64,000 nt of DNA. It comes from the human T2T-CHM13v2.0 reference genome, Homo sapiens. The stretch's first letter is position 1; the number at the start of each line of letters is the position of its first letter. The notes beneath the pieces are model-generated. The model made no database searches. It was not told where the DNA came from and saw only the letters and a program-made list of their open reading frames with translations. Where the stretch lies: NCBI RefSeq assembly GCF_009914755.1, contig NC_060938.1. One strand, written 5' to 3'. Of this stretch, positions 40,209 to 54,603 are shown piece after piece. The translations under genes were made by a program, and so were the position numbers.

Positions 40209-41794
40209 GTGGGTGCCGGGCAGGGGCTGCTCCAGCCGCCTCACCTCTGCTGGGAGGACAAACTGTCCCAGCACAGAGGGAGGGAGGGAGGGCAGGCAGC
40301 GGGGAGAAGTTTCCCTGTGGTCGTGGGGAGTTGGGAAAAGTTCCCTTCCTTCCGGAGGGGAGGTCTGACAGGCGATGGGGAGAAGGGTTCCCAGCAGGAG
40401 GAATCGCCCTGTTTGTCTGTTGTAGGTTTCTCTTCTCTGAATCAAGGTGACAGACAGGCTTGTGTGTGTCCAGTGTGTGAGGGATTTCGTGATTGGATTT
40501 TCACATACTTTGAGTGGACACCTTGGAGTAAGGCAGCCAGGTGTGTGTGGTGCAGCAGGGACGGGTGCTGGGTGGAGGCTCCAGAACCTGGCTTTTCACC
40601 CACAGCTGTGCCACTCCTTGGCCCTGTGTGACCCTGGACAAGCTACTCAACCTCTCTGAGCCTCAGTTTCTCTGTCTGCAAAGCAGCCAGCTCGCTGGCT
40701 CCCTGGGGGTGGCAGGGTTAAATCAGAAGCAGGCGGGGGTGGGGGGGTTTGTGAATGTTGGCTGATGCGCCTCCAGGAGGCAGGTGGTAGTGACTACCTC
40801 AGATGGGCTTAGAGACCCTCTTCCCACGGTCCTGGCTGACCAGGGCAGGGGGATAGGATGGTGCAGGGGTTCCAAGCACCGGCTTTGCATCCGGCCCAGG
40901 TTGCAGCTCCAGCCCTGCTCTCACCCTGTGGGTGACGTTTTTGGGCGAGTTATTTTGTCCTGTCTCCTGAGCTATAAAGAAGACCTGGAAGTTCCTCTTT
41001 ATGCAAAGATAGAGGTAGGCTCTTGCCTGTGAAGCACCACGTATGTCATAGGCACTAAATAAATGGCAGCCGTGATTCGAGTTGCTGAGAGTAGGTCGTT
41101 TCCGCAGCCTGGGTGGAGGTGAACAGCAGGTGTTGCTGTTCCAGGCAGGTCAGAATGTGCCTCACTGAGTCACAGGCCGCCTGTGGCTCCCCAGCCTACA
41201 GGAAGTGGGAGCCCTGGCCTGGGTGTGGGGTGATGGGGGCCTCCCTGGCCAACCCCACCCCTAATTCCATTTCTGAGTTGGAGAAGGGCTTAGGTGGTGG
41301 GGGAACAGGTAAGCAACCCCAGAGGACATTGCAAAGAGGCCCTGCCAGAGGTTCTCTGGAGAAAAAACTGTGCTGCGTCCTTCGGGCCCTGGCAGCAGCA
41401 AGAGACATTCCACAGTTGTGAGCCCCACAAGCTTGGAGGAAGCATTTGCTGTTTCCCCTGCTTGGGGTGAGAGCAGGGGACAGCCAAGAGAAGGCGTCTT
41501 TGGATGAAAAAGAGGAAGCATGCGTGCTGTCCCCACAGGCAGCACCCCAGGCCTCATCCCAGCTCTCCCTGCAACCCTGCACTCCAAGCCTCTCACTGCA
41601 CTGATGAGGAAACTGAGTCTCAGAGGGGGAACATGACCTCAGCCAGCCCTTCGCTCAGTGTCCAGGGAAATGCCTCAATCTCTTTGGGATTCCCTCCCTT
41701 GCAAACGGGGAGGTTCCCATGGTTGGGCCTGCATGATGGATCTGAGGACTTTGAAAGTGGTATTTGCCTGCCGGTGGGACCCAACCTGGAAATA

Positions 41795-41874
41795 TTAGGT
41801 TGGTGCAAAAGTCATCTCGGTTCTTGCCATTAGAAGTAATGCCAAAAACCGCAATGACTTTTGCACCAACCGAA
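41795..41874. mobile_element. MADE1 (Hsmar1-derived MITE), 80 bp
   Basis: TTAGGTTGGTGCAAAAGT...ACTTTTGCACCAACCGAA terminal inverted repeats flanked by TA dinucleotides. Confidence 0.92.
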
Positions 41875-42031
41875 TAGCTGTGCCACGTGGTTTTTGCTAA
41901 CACAGTGACTGGCTCAGTAACAAGTTTGGTGGCTCCAGAGGTAACATTAGGGCGGCCTCCTCACCTGTGCTGCTTGTGGTCAGGGAGGGGCCCACCTGGG
42001 CGCGGTGGGGGGAGCCCTGCAGATTTGCCCA

Positions 42032-42388
42032 GTGTCATAGCCTGTTTGAGCTGCTATAAGAAATACTTTAGACTGGGTAATTTATCAAAAAACAGACATT
42101 TATTGCTCTCGGTGCTGGAGGCTGGGAAGCCCGAGATCAAGGCACTGGCAGATTGGGTGTCTGGTGAGGACCTAGTCGTCATAGATGGCACCTTCTATGC
42201 ATCCTCATATGGTGGAAGGGTGAACACGCTCTCCCAGGCCTCCTTTAAAGACCACCAATCCCATTCACAAGGAGGGGGACCTCATGATCTAATCTCCCCC
42301 CAGAAGTCTCACCTTTTAATATCACCAGCTTGGAGATTAAGTCTCAACAGGTGAATTTTGGAGGGACACAGGCATTTGGATCATAGCA
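42032..42388 (-). mobile_element. MaLR solo LTR (MLT1A/MST-like)
   Basis: AGACTGGGTAATTTAT...GCTGGAGGCTGGGAAGCCCGAGATCAAGGCACTGGCAGATT...GGATCATAGCA. Confidence 0.8.
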
Positions 42389-42529
42389 CCGGGGGACTCT
42401 GGTTTTCAGAATGAAAGTAGGGGCCTTGTCTATCCGCTCAAGCTGCCTCCTCTGCACTGAAAACGATGCCTAGCCCAACATGGATGGATCAGTGTTTGCT
42501 GAAATGCTGAATGGTTAAATGAATAAATA

Positions 42530-43033
42530 AATATTGCTCATATAGCAGGCAATAAAAAAGCATACAGAACCTATCACTAAGTGAATGAAGCTACTCTGAA
42601 AAGGCATATGCTGTATGATTTCAACTATATGTGACATTCTGGAAAAAGGCAAAACTATGAAGACAGTAAAAAATAAAAAAAATCAGTGGTTGCCAGGAAT
42701 TAGGGGAGGGAGGAGAGAATGGGAGGAGCCCAGAGACTTTTAGGGCAGTGAAACTTCTGTATGACACTGTAATGGTAGAGGCATGTCATTGTGCGTTTGT
42801 GCAAACCCACAGAATGTCCATCACCAAGAGTGAACCCTGATGAAAACTATGGACTTTGGGTGATGATGATGTGTCAACGCAGGTTCATCAATTACAACAA
42901 ATTGACTGCTCTTGTGGGGGATGTCAGTAACGGGGGAGGCTACGTATGTGTAGGCACAGGGGATATATGGTAAGTCTCCGTACTTTCTGCTCAATTTTGC
43001 TGTGAATCTAAAACTGCTCTTTAAAAAAAAAAA
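42530..43033 (+). mobile_element. L1MC 3' end
   Basis: GACATTCTGGAAAAAGGCAAAACTATG...CCAAGAGTGAACCCT...AACTATGGACTTTGGGTGAT...CTAAAACTGCTCT + poly-A. Confidence 0.85.
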
Positions 43034-44441
43034 GGCACACAGAGCAGATCTGCATGTTGTTTTGAGGATTCAGAAGGCACTTAGGACAATTACGGTACCT
43101 CAGGGTCATGAGTCAAACAGTCAGACCTGCCAAGACTTGACACCCCAAATGCATCACTTCTGACATCCATTGGGTCCAGGAATCCCCTGCCTCATGAATA
43201 TCCATCTTAGTGTGCATGCCTCCAAGAATGGGGAGCTCACTACTTTGCGAGGCAGCGCATTCCATCTTAGGAGAGTTCTACTGTTTAAAAGCTCTTCCTC
43301 CAACTGCCCCCACTGAGCAATGGGTCCACTTTCATTTCCTTGGGGTTTGTACCATTCTAGTCCTATTGCTTCTCTCTGAGCTAAATATCCACAGCTACTA
43401 AATCTGCCCCCCTTGAAAAGTGTTAAATCCTCAATTCCTCCTCTGAGCTCCTCTGGTTTTCCTGGGGACCTAAGGCTCTGCTTCCCCAAAACACCCACTC
43501 CAGGGTTGTTTTCTAGAACAAACGTAAGGCATGAAGTATTTCTTTGACTCTTTCATCACAGTGGGTTCTGGAAGATTCTGGAGGCTGGAAACATATGTGC
43601 CTCCCCCTCCCCACACACATTCCAAAAAAGTCATCACAGCAGAAAGCACGGTGGAACAAACAGCTCTCGGTTCGAATTCACCGTCACTTACTGGCCAGGA
43701 AAGTTATCTGAGCCTCAGTTTCTTCTCCTGTACAATGGGGAGCATCATTCCTATTTTTGAGGACCACTAGGAGGCTTACCTCTGTTTGTGCTGATGTAGT
43801 GAAAGGGGATGTCAGGCACACTGCAGGAGCTCAGGTACCAGACGGACTGTCTATGGAGGCAGGAGTGAGGGCCTGGGGCGGTCACAGAGGTTGCATTTGC
43901 TTTGCAGTAAGGCCATGGCCGCTTAAGGGTGTCCAGAAAAAAGCCCTGTCCGACATGCACACACTCCTGTGTCCAGGCAATGAGCCTGTGGGCACTGACA
44001 GCAAGAGTCCTTCTCACGCTTCTCTTCAGGGCTCAAACTTTAGATTTACTCCGGCCTGTCCCATCCCATTCACTGCCAACCCCTCTGAGCCTCTCTGATC
44101 TGTGCCACCGGTGAAGGGCAGTCGTGGGGCACAGAGAAGTGGCCCAGCTGAGTGACATCTGGAAATGAGCAGTGCCTGAGGGGACGCCCGTGGGGTGTTG
44201 TGACCTGTACAGTGCCAGGCTCCAGCACAGCCCCGTCGCTTCTGTGGTTCTTATCATGGTCATGAGGTCGCTTCTCCTCTTCCCTGCGGGTTTCCTAAGT
44301 GGTCACACTCCAGTGGCAGGGTGGTCTGCCGGAGAAAGACCAAAATTTGTCATACTTTAGAATCACCTGGAGACTGGTCACCCACGCAGGTGCGGGGGTC
44401 CTGCTCTGGGGACTGTGATTTGAAGTCTGGGTACTATTCAC

Positions 44442-46045
44442 TGAAATGACAGACTGCGGCAAATCTCAATCAATCAAGGTTCATCGAGTTGATAAACTTC
44501 AATTGACATTTATCGAGAGTTTGAGGGTGCACCTGGGAAAAACATGAGCCACAGAAAATGTGTGTGGCCTATGCTCTCCGAAGAGTCATGAGACTTAGTG
44601 TTGTAAATCAAAGAGAAACTGACTGAAGCAGGTCTCAATTATTTTTGAAGTTTATTTTGCCAAGATTAAGGATGCACCCAGGAAAGAGGGACACGAAATC
44701 ACAGGAAACATCTCTGGCCCATGCTTCTTTCAAAGAAGGGTCTTCACTATTCAAAGGGAAAAAAGCAGGCAGTAGGGGAAAGAAGGAAAAATCGGGGGAA
44801 GGTGGCCAAAAGAGGCAAGCAGTTGCACCCCTTTGAGCCTTTTCATTAACTTCACTGAATGCACATTTTTCATGTGAAAGAAGCAGGTGGAGGAATCATC
44901 AATTCCGCATTCACCTGGTGCTCAGTCAATCTGCATTTTTATATAAGATAAAATAATCATAGGGCTGGGCACGGTAGCTCACAACTGTAATCCCAGCAGC
45001 TTGGGAGGCCAAGTTGTGTGGATCACCTGAGGTCAAGAGTTCGAGACCAGCCTGTCCAACATGGTGAAACCCTGTCTCTACTAAAAATACAAAAACTAGC
45101 CAGGCACGGTGGTGCATGCCTGTAGTCCTAGCTACTTGGGAAGCTGAGGCAGGAGAATCATTTGAACTCAGGAGGCAGAGGTTGCAGGGAGCTGAGATCA
45201 CACCACTGCACTCCAGGCTGGGTGACAGAGCAAGACTCTATCTCAAAATAATAATAATAATAATAATCATCATCATCATCATCATAGCATATAGGAAGCT
45301 GTCAGCTATGCACTCGTCTCAGGTGAGCAGAGGGATGACTTTGGGTTCTATCCTTTGTTCCATACCTGTGAAGCTAAGCTGTTAATTTATATCATGAGGG
45401 TGAAATACAACAGAGCTGCTTGAAGGCAAAGATCCTGGGGCCCACAAGGAATTTCACTGTGAGCAAAATGTGAGGGAAGTAAATAGTTATCCATTTAGAC
45501 ACAAAACGGGAGGCGGGTTGCATGACCCAGCTCCCAGCTAGACTTTTCCCTTTGGCTTAGTGCGTTTGGGGTCTGGGGATTTTAATTTTATTTTTCTTTC
45601 ACAGTATTTACACATGTCCTTGAAGTGGAGAAAGCATGTAGGAAGAGGAGGTTAGGCAGAAGGAGGCCTGATCTCATCTTGCCTTTGTCTTGCTTTTATG
45701 CTGTACCTGGGGAGATCAGCACCATCAGCGTGACTCTAACAGACTTGAGTGTGAGGAGCTAGGCTTGGATTGCAGACCTCAAGTTACAATTGATGTGTCC
45801 TTGTTTTGTGGTAAGATCCACATCTTGAAAGGTTTCACCCAGCAAAGAACAATTTGTGGGGGCAGTCATGGGGAGATATCCGAGGCCTTTTCCTTTCTGT
45901 GGGGGTCTGGCTAATGTCTAAGGTTGTGGAGTAACAGCTGTCATTAGGAATAAGGATGACAATGTTGGCTGACTCAGTCTCCAGGCTTAACTTTCCCTTT
46001 GGCATAAAGAGTTTGGGGGTCCCAAGATTTCTGTTTTCCTTTACA
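44442..46045 (-). mobile_element. Nested MER4-group ERV1 LTRs (inner ~44602-45603) with Alu insertion
   Basis: Two MER4-group-like termini (TTTTCCCTTTGGCTTAGTG..TTTGGGGTC..TTTCTTTCACA and TTTCCCTTTGGCATAA..TTTGGGGGTCCCAAGATTT..TTTCCTTTACA); GAAGTTTATTTTGCCAAG. Confidence 0.6.
44963..45286 (+). mobile_element. AluS with (ATA)n(ATC)n tail
   Basis: Full Alu body. Confidence 0.95.
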
Positions 46046-47429
46046 GTACTCAAGGACTTGCTAATATCTCAGGGGATTTCAGCCACACTTTGAAACAAGC
46101 TACCTTAGCAAATGGTCTGTCCTGGACCCAAAAGCCACTCTCCTCAGGCCCTTCCTCCTAGTCCCACCAGCCAAAAAACTTGGGGACCCCAAACCTGTTC
46201 TTCACTCTCTGGCACCTGTGCTCATGTGCCTGCTGCCTCAGGAAAGGACAGAAACCCTCCCCGATCCAAGTTATTAGCAAACTGCCCATCTCCACAAAAA
46301 TTTAAATGGACAGATTGTTAAATGCACACAGCTCACAGCCAGCTCCTTTCAAGGTAGATTTGGGCCCAAACATTTCGGGAAGCATCAGGCTGTGCCCCGC
46401 CATCCCTACCAAACAGGAATCCTCTCGAGGGAAAAGACTGGGCCTTTCCCTCAGCCCCTAGCACCCACTCATGCTTGGCACCTGCTGTGCTCTAAGAGTG
46501 CAGGGGTCACTCCCTGACCACAGAGGGAGGCTCTCTGGGGTTCTCCCGGAGCCTCGGAGATTGCACCTTGTGCATGCGCTGCTGCACCTGGGGTACATCA
46601 CCCCCACTCTGGAGCCCACTGGCCGGTTAGCAAAGTGAGAGGTGAGAGAAGGACCTCTTGGTCTTCTTTGAACAGAAAGATCCAGAAAGCAATGGCTAGA
46701 ACACAAGAACAGGTCAGGGGAGGCAGGAGAGGGTCTGCACACCTGCTACAGGTGTGCTCACACGTGGGCCAGGGCCTGCAGATGAGGGATCTGTGCTGAT
46801 CATTTGTGATAGCCAAAAGTAGTGAAAACCTGGGGGGACTCCTCAAATGAACTGTAGCACATTGGGGAGATGGACTCTGTGAAGATGATTCCTCTCTCCA
46901 CCCACTTCCCTTCTCCCTCCTCCTCCCGCTCCTCCTTTTTCGGAAGCCAGGCACAGGGATTGAATCCCACCCCATTCCTCCCCTGCTGTGTGACCTAGGG
47001 CAAGAGATGTGGTCTCTGGGATCCTTCGGTTCCTTCAGCTATAAATAGTAGTAGAATTGCAAACTACCTACGAAAACTGGGAACTCCCTGCGAAGGCCGG
47101 TGCATTACAGGGCAGTCCTACTCTGAAATACTGTGAGGCTATTGAAAAGCAAGGTGGGTCGACAGATTGTTAAATGCAAAGAGGTGAGGACACAGCCGGC
47201 GGTGCATTTAGGGTGCTTCTGCAGGCGTCCTTATACATGGATATGTGCACATCTGCTCCTGAAAGCTCAGAAGATGTCTGGAAAGCAACAGGAGACACCA
47301 GTGAGCCTGGCTGTCTCTTGAGGCAACAGGCAGGGACAGAATCTGGAGGGAGACCTACCCCTCACTGTATTCTTTTTCGCACTCTGAAATGTTACCATGA
47401 GGATGCATATCTCTTTGCAAAAATTTAAA

Positions 47430-47790
47430 TATAAAAAGCAAAACAAACTTGAATAGAAATAAACTACTTGAAAATTTTAGAAAACACTGTTACATCAAAG
47501 AGACAGATCATCAAAACTGAAATTATAGATATTTGAGAAACAACTAACTATAAGAACACTGCTTACCAAACTTATGGGATGCAGCCAAAGCCATAGTCAG
47601 GGGATGAGTCATGCCTTTAAATTTTTAAATTATTAAACCAAAAAGATTGCAAAAAAAAACTGTTCAATTCAATAAACTAGATAATAATGATCCAAAAAAG
47701 TAGAAGAAAGAAAAGAATTACAAAAACAAAATGACAAGTTAGAAAGGTAAAAAGCATTAATGTCAGTAGGCCATCTAAGGATGGCTCTTT
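47430..47790 (+). mobile_element. Old L1 ORF2-region fragment
   Basis: A-rich; CAAACTTATGGGATGCAGCCAAAGC resembles L1 ORF2 (NLWDAAKA). Confidence 0.65.
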
Positions 47791-48741
47791 GAAGAGCAGA
47801 CAGGAGAAGGGCAATCCCAGGAAGTGCTATGTGCTATGCAGAGAATTAGAATAAGTTGATGGCAGAGATCAGTGGGTGGCGGCTCACTTGGGTGGTAAAG
47901 AGTAGCCTGCAGCCAAAGTTGGGCACAGCAGTGCAGTCTTCACTGGGGGAATGCCTGGGAAACAAGATTTGCCTGGGTAGGAGTTTCCATCAGCACCCCC
48001 AGAAAGGTCTCCTTTCTACCCTGGCCCCCAGTTCTTTGATGGGTTTTGCTGATGCTCCTGTGTCTCTGAACAGCAGGCGCCTCACCTATAGAAAGGTAGG
48101 ATAGCAGGAGTTAACGCCCCCTCCCCCATTCCATGGCCCCTGCCTGGGATTCTACCATCTCTGCTTCATATGCTTTATAGGAGTTCGGTCTGAGCCCACA
48201 ACCCAAACAGGCTCACAGATGTGCTAGCTATTTCGCCACCAGTATTTTTTTAATAGTCAATATTTAGAAATTGGCACCAACTGGCCCGATTGTTCAACAG
48301 TCCTGGGTTAGGTTACTAGGCCAATTACTTGCTGAGTAACCCAGGACAGGTCACTGACCTCTCCGAACCTCTCCTTTCTCACCTGTGTGATAAAGACTAC
48401 TGCTGTGCCAACACAATAGGACTGTGTATGAAAGTACCCAGACTGTGCCTAGACTCAGGAAGCTGGTTTATTCCTTCCTCCCCTAACCACTTACTGAGAG
48501 ACTGCTCAGGGCTCCCCTCAGCTCAGAGATCTTTCCCCACAAGGAGCTGAGAGCCTGGTGGGAGAGACAGGCAGAGACCCAAGTGGTTCTAACACAGCTC
48601 TCTGAATCTGTAACCCCAAGTCCCATCCCCAGAGGACACTGGGACAGTCACACTGATGGTTTGTCCCTAAGCCTCCAGCATCAGGAGCCATGTGGCAGGA
48701 TCTCCACTCTTCTTCTTCCTGGGCCTCTGTCTGGACCGACC

Positions 48742-48744
<3 letters not shown>

Positions 48745-48785
<41 letters not shown>

Positions 48786-48795
48786 TACACACACA
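48745..48795 (+). repeat. (CA)n microsatellite
   Basis: Direct reading. Confidence 0.95.
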
Positions 48796-51597
48796 AGTTG
48801 CTTCTTTGCTGCCTGCATGTCCTCACACCAGCTTATGACACACCTACAATGTTTGATGTGTCATTGTGGGCAGGTTTCAAGTTGGAGGACCTAGACCTAG
48901 GTAAAGTAGAGGGTCTCCCTAAGTAAGGGAGGGTGCACAGTGGAGAGAAAGGGTAGGGGAGACTGCCCAGTGCCATTGACATATGCCTGAGCCCCAGGGC
49001 ACCCTTGGCCCCCCAAAACAATCACAAGTATCCCCCCCGACAAACCTGCCAAGTAGGCATTGTGTCTCCACTTGACAGTTGAGGAAATGGTCCCTAGAGG
49101 GGAGACAGAGCTAGCTAGAGACTGGGCTGGCCCTGGAGCCTGGCCTGGGTCTTCCCATCGCATCCTGCCTCCCTACATAAGCAAAGGTCGAGAGGTGGGA
49201 ACTCCCAAAGATGCTCAGGCAGGGCCAGGGGAGACCAGTGGGGCAGGGAGGGGACAGGAGGGGAAGGAGGAGCTGGGGCTGGAGAGATGGGTAGGAGCAT
49301 GAGTCCCTTGCCTGGGCCTCCCCATGGTGGGCGGTGATCCAAAAGCCCCAGTCAGAGCCCTCTGCCCTGTGACGGGGGCACCCTGCATGTCCCCTCACTC
49401 CCTGCCCTCCAGTCCCCGCCAGTCCTCATGTTTTCCATGAGGATGAGTACAGCCGCAGGGACTTTCCCTGCAAGTGGTCTGGGCCATATCTTCCGGGAGT
49501 CTGTTTGGACTGTGGTGTCTGTGGCTGAGGGGGTGGAGGTGAGGGCACCCAGGCCCATCACTTGACAGAACAATCTGTGGATTTGGGGGAAAGAGGAGGC
49601 GACTGTCATTCCTGAGAGAGGACGGGAACCAACAGGAAGGATTCCTGAGTGCCAGGGATGACCACACTGGATCCTCACAACAGCCCTCCTGCCGGGGACA
49701 ATGCTCCTTATCCCACAAGCGGGGACCTGGGCTCTGACAGGAGGCCACACACTTACAGTCCCTCCCTTAGTGACCGGCAGAGCTGGGATTTGAACACCCC
49801 TGGTGAGACTCCCTCGTCCAGACCCCTTCGTTGTACAGCAGGTTTGCCTCACATGCCAGAGTCGGGGTGGCCTCAGGGCACAGCCAGGAGATGTCCCCAA
49901 ATCCCGAAATGTGGTTTGAGTCCCAGTCCCTCATCTCTCCAGCCTCCAAGCCCTCACCTATGCAATGGTGCCTTGCCCGGCTCACAGGTTATGAAAAGGG
50001 GTGAGACGAGACAGTGTCCCCTAAATACATCTGACAGCACTTTTGAATGGAAAAGAGAAAAAGAAAATACTATAAGCATCCAGATTGACTGGAGGTTGGG
50101 GAGTTGGTGGGGGCGGGGACAGGCAATCCATAAAGCAAGAAAAATCAGGCTGGGTTCAGGCTTTTCTGCAGCAGCGAATGCATCAGAGCTGCCAGGGGGG
50201 CAGCTGTAGACCTAAGAGAGTTCCTTTAAGCACAAATTGGCTGATTATCTTTTTTACGTAAATAAACCCATAATTCATTCCAAACACTTGGCTTATTTAA
50301 ATATTTTTATTGCCAAAGGAATATATGTTCTTCACAGAAAACTTGGATACCATGACAAACAGTAAAGAAAACCCAAAAGCAACCTATGATCCCATGCTCA
50401 AAGACAACCAGCGCCAGTAATAATTTGGTATTTTGCCTTCTCAACTTTTGAACTTTGTTGTATGTACAATTTGGTTACCCAGCTTTTTGTTCCCCTAACA
50501 TGTTATCAGAAACATTCTCTCATTTTTGGTGAACTCTTAGAAGCATCCTTTTTTCATGTCTGCTTGACATTTGTTGAATGGATATAAGATCATGTATTTA
50601 ACCAACTGCCTGGTCCTAAACATTTAGGTTGTTTCCTGTGACCCTTCTTCTGCATGATGAGGAACATCTCTGTGCATAAAGCTTTTCCTGTCCTTTTGAT
50701 TATTTTCAAAAATGCCAAACAAAAAAAAAAGGGAGGGGGTTGAAGGTTCTGGGTTTTCTTCACTGAATTATCCAAATATTAAATGATCTAGAGACAGGTT
50801 TGGGAGCCACTAAACCCTCTCCTCCTGTCTGACCCTATTCAGAGAAGACATTGGAAGCTGCCATCTGCTTTCCTCTCACAGTCTGTAAGTGGCTCATTAA
50901 ATACTTGCAAACTAGATTATTTTTATGTTGTCTTGGCTACAGGAGTTTCTGCAGGAATCAGAAACAGGAAGAAAAGGCAGGTCCTTGGAGACAGAGGAGC
51001 TGGCATCTCATCAGATGCAATTTCTTATTAATAGTCATCCCTAACATTGATTCGGCATCTACTAATAATCAATCCCTTCTTACAGATAAGGAAACTGAGT
51101 AGCAATAATCTATCCCATCTTACAGATAAGGAAACTGAGACTCAGAGAGGTTAAGGGCACTGCAGTAAGCGCAGACACAGAGCTATGACTCCCGTTCTCC
51201 CTGTGTCAGCCCCTGCGCAGTGCGAGTGGGAGGTGAGCCACTGTTGCGTGCCCTCTGCCAGACACAGGCCTGCAGGTCAGACTCACAGGAGCCAAGCAGA
51301 GCATCTGGGAGGATTTTGTTTCTGGCTCCAAAAATGAAATACCAAGGAAAGTAGGCAAGCTCATGCATGTCAGAATCCTCAATCTCAGCTCAGGAAGTAG
51401 GAATTTTCCACCTTTGTTAGCAGCAGAGATGACAAACCCCAGGGCCCCACATATAGCCTGTGCCTTAGTCACTGCCTCGGGCCAGGTTGCAAGACCCCTC
51501 CTACCAACTGAGCTACAAATCACAGTTCCTGGAGGGTGGGCCTTTATATAACAGGGAACAGAACTCTTCTGTACCTCCCACCTCCCCGCAAGAAGTA

Positions 51598-51885
51598 GGC
51601 CAGGCATGGTAGCTCATGCCTGTAAATGAAGCATTTTGGTAGACCAAGGTAGGAGGGTCACTTGAGGCCAGGAGTTCGAGACAAGCCTGGGCAAGATCCC
51701 ATCTTTAAAAAAAAATTTAAAAATTAGTGAGTTGTGGTGGCAGGAGCTGTGGTCCCAGCTGCTTGGAAGGATGAGGTGGGAGGATCGCTTGAACCCGGTG
51801 GGTAGAGGCTATGGTGAGTTATAATTGTACCACTGCACTCCAGCCTGGGCAACAGAGCAAGATCCTGTTTCAACAAAAGAAAAAG
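51598..51885 (+). mobile_element. AluJ-like element
   Basis: GGAGGGTCACTTGAGGCCAGGAGTTCGAGAC...GAGGTGGGAGGATCGCTTGAACCC. Confidence 0.9.
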
Positions 51886-52078
51886 AAGAGAGAAGAGGAA
51901 GAAAGAAGGAGGAGAAGAGGAAGAAGAAGGAGGAGGAGGAGGAAGGAGGAGGAAGGAGGAGGAAGAGGAAGGAGGAGGAGGAAGGAGGAGGAGGAGGAAG
52001 GAGGAGGAGGAGGAGGAAGGAGGAGGAGGAGGAGGAGGAGGAAGTAGGAGAAGAAGAAGGAGGAGGAGGAGGAGGAGA
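51875..52078 (+). repeat. (GGA)n/(GAA)n polypurine tract
   Basis: 204 nt of purines with a single T at 52045. Confidence 0.95.
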
Positions 52079-53883
52079 TCCTACAGCACTGTTTGGAAGA
52101 TTATGGGAAAATTAGGCCCACACATCTGATATACAATCGGCACATCCTACAAATGTAAAATGTGTGTCTTGAACCAGAAAGCCCAAGGAGTGAGGGGCTG
52201 TGGCATTGAGTGGGGTAGCTATACATAGCCCTAGGGCTTAAATCTATAGAATTTAAGTAATCCTGGTCCAAATTCACCAGAAACATTGCCTAGACTTTAC
52301 TTGAATACCTTTAGTGACAGGGAACTAACTACTACCAAAGGCAACTAACTCAGCTCAGCAAACATTCAGTGATAGCTGCGCTTCCCCAGGACCAGAGATT
52401 CAGATAAGCAAACACCCTGTTCTGTGCTCAAGGGACTGATGGTGTGTGACAATCGAGATAGTGTGAAGAAAAAGGACAGCATATGTGTGTCTCTGTGCAT
52501 GCATGTGCAAACACTGACACTGCAGTATGTATTCAGAGGAAGTCACTACAATGGTGAGGCCCACCTGGCACCAGAATGAACAGATTTAAGAAAGCTAGTC
52601 ACCGCAGACGGTCACAGCTGGAAGGATTTTACAAAATAATCTATCTTATCATCCTCCTTTGCCCTAGAGATGGGGAAACTGAGGCCCAAAGAGTGAAAGC
52701 CACCTGCTCAAAGGCATATTGTTGAGTCTAATAATAAAAATAACCATAGCAATAGCAACACTGAGGGCAGCTGTCCCAGATGGACGCTGGCTCCATGCCA
52801 GCCCCTGGGCTAGGCGTCTGGTGGCACTACCTCATTTCACTGCCATAACAACTGGGTCCCCCATCTTGCAGATGAGGAAGCCCAGGTTCAGAGAGGTGAA
52901 GTGGGGGGCTGGGGGTCTATCCCAGACCTTGTTGTCACCTCCTCACTCTCCCAGTAGCGCCAGCCAGAGCACCTGTCTTGGGAGCCCCGAGGCAGGGACA
53001 GGCTATGCATCCAGGAAGCCCCCAGGCTCTAAGGAGGCGGCCCTATAACTGCTGGATGACCAAAAATCAGGCAGCGATCCCTAAGTCCCTTCTGAGCCCC
53101 AGGCTCCAGACTCCTCCAACCAGGTCTGCCTTACGCTTTTGACCACAATCAACCCGGCTCTTTCTCGGTTCTTTTCATCTCTCTGGTGGTTTTGTATGCA
53201 GAGTCACCCAGGTCCCCACTTACGAGCCTGTGAGATGGGATAAATCACTTCCCTTTGCTGAGCCTCAGTTCCTTCACCTGTAAATGGGCATAACAAGTTC
53301 CTCCAGGACAATCGTGAGGCTCAGGGAAAGGACTGTCGTGCAAACCCACCATGGCATGAGCTGTCGAGTGCAGTGCCCGCTGCCACTAAGGAATGAGTGC
53401 CACTCTGGGATTGTGGAAAGTGCAGACGGGCAGGGTTGAGATGCTCGTGCATGACTTTGGACAGGTCACCTCCCTCTCAGAGGTTTAGTTTCCTTACTTG
53501 TTAAGCTTGGACTAAAAATATCTAAATGGTGAGATTTTTCCAACTTCTTTGGCTCTAGCATGTCTGTGGTCCTTGATGGTTTACAAAGCGCTTTTGCACT
53601 TGAGACCCCTAAGTGCTAATTCTACCACATCCCCATCCACTTCATAGTGGGATGACCTTAGCCAAGGCTCTTCACCTAAACCTCCATAAGCCCCTCGCTG
53701 GAATTTGAGCCTGTTTTGCTTTTTTAAAGTGAGGGCAATGCTACTGGCCCCACCCATCTTACAGGACAAGGGAAGCCCAAGGACATGAGAGCTTTCTGAG
53801 CTGCATCCCAGGCCCTGCTCTGCCACTGACTCGCTGAGGCTGGGTTTCCCCATCTGCAAAATAAGGACATAAAAACCCATCTA

Positions 53884-54570
<687 letters not shown>

Positions 54571-54603
54571 CCCTTAAGAGAAATGGGGTTTTCTCTTATG
54601 AGA

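Noticed and set aside
40301-40345. NF-kB-like sequences at the start of intron 1
   Set aside because: Neither GGGGAGAAGTTTCCC nor GGGAAAAGTTCCC fits GGGRNNYYCC spacing; isolated AP-1/kB motifs elsewhere occur at chance frequency
40069-40631. ORFs overlapping BDKRB2 exon 1 (99 aa and 149 aa)
   Set aside because: They run through the splice donor into intron 1 and do not encode GPCR sequence
51811-52115. Arg/Glu/Gly-rich ORFs
   Set aside because: Translation of the Alu tail and (GGA)n repeat
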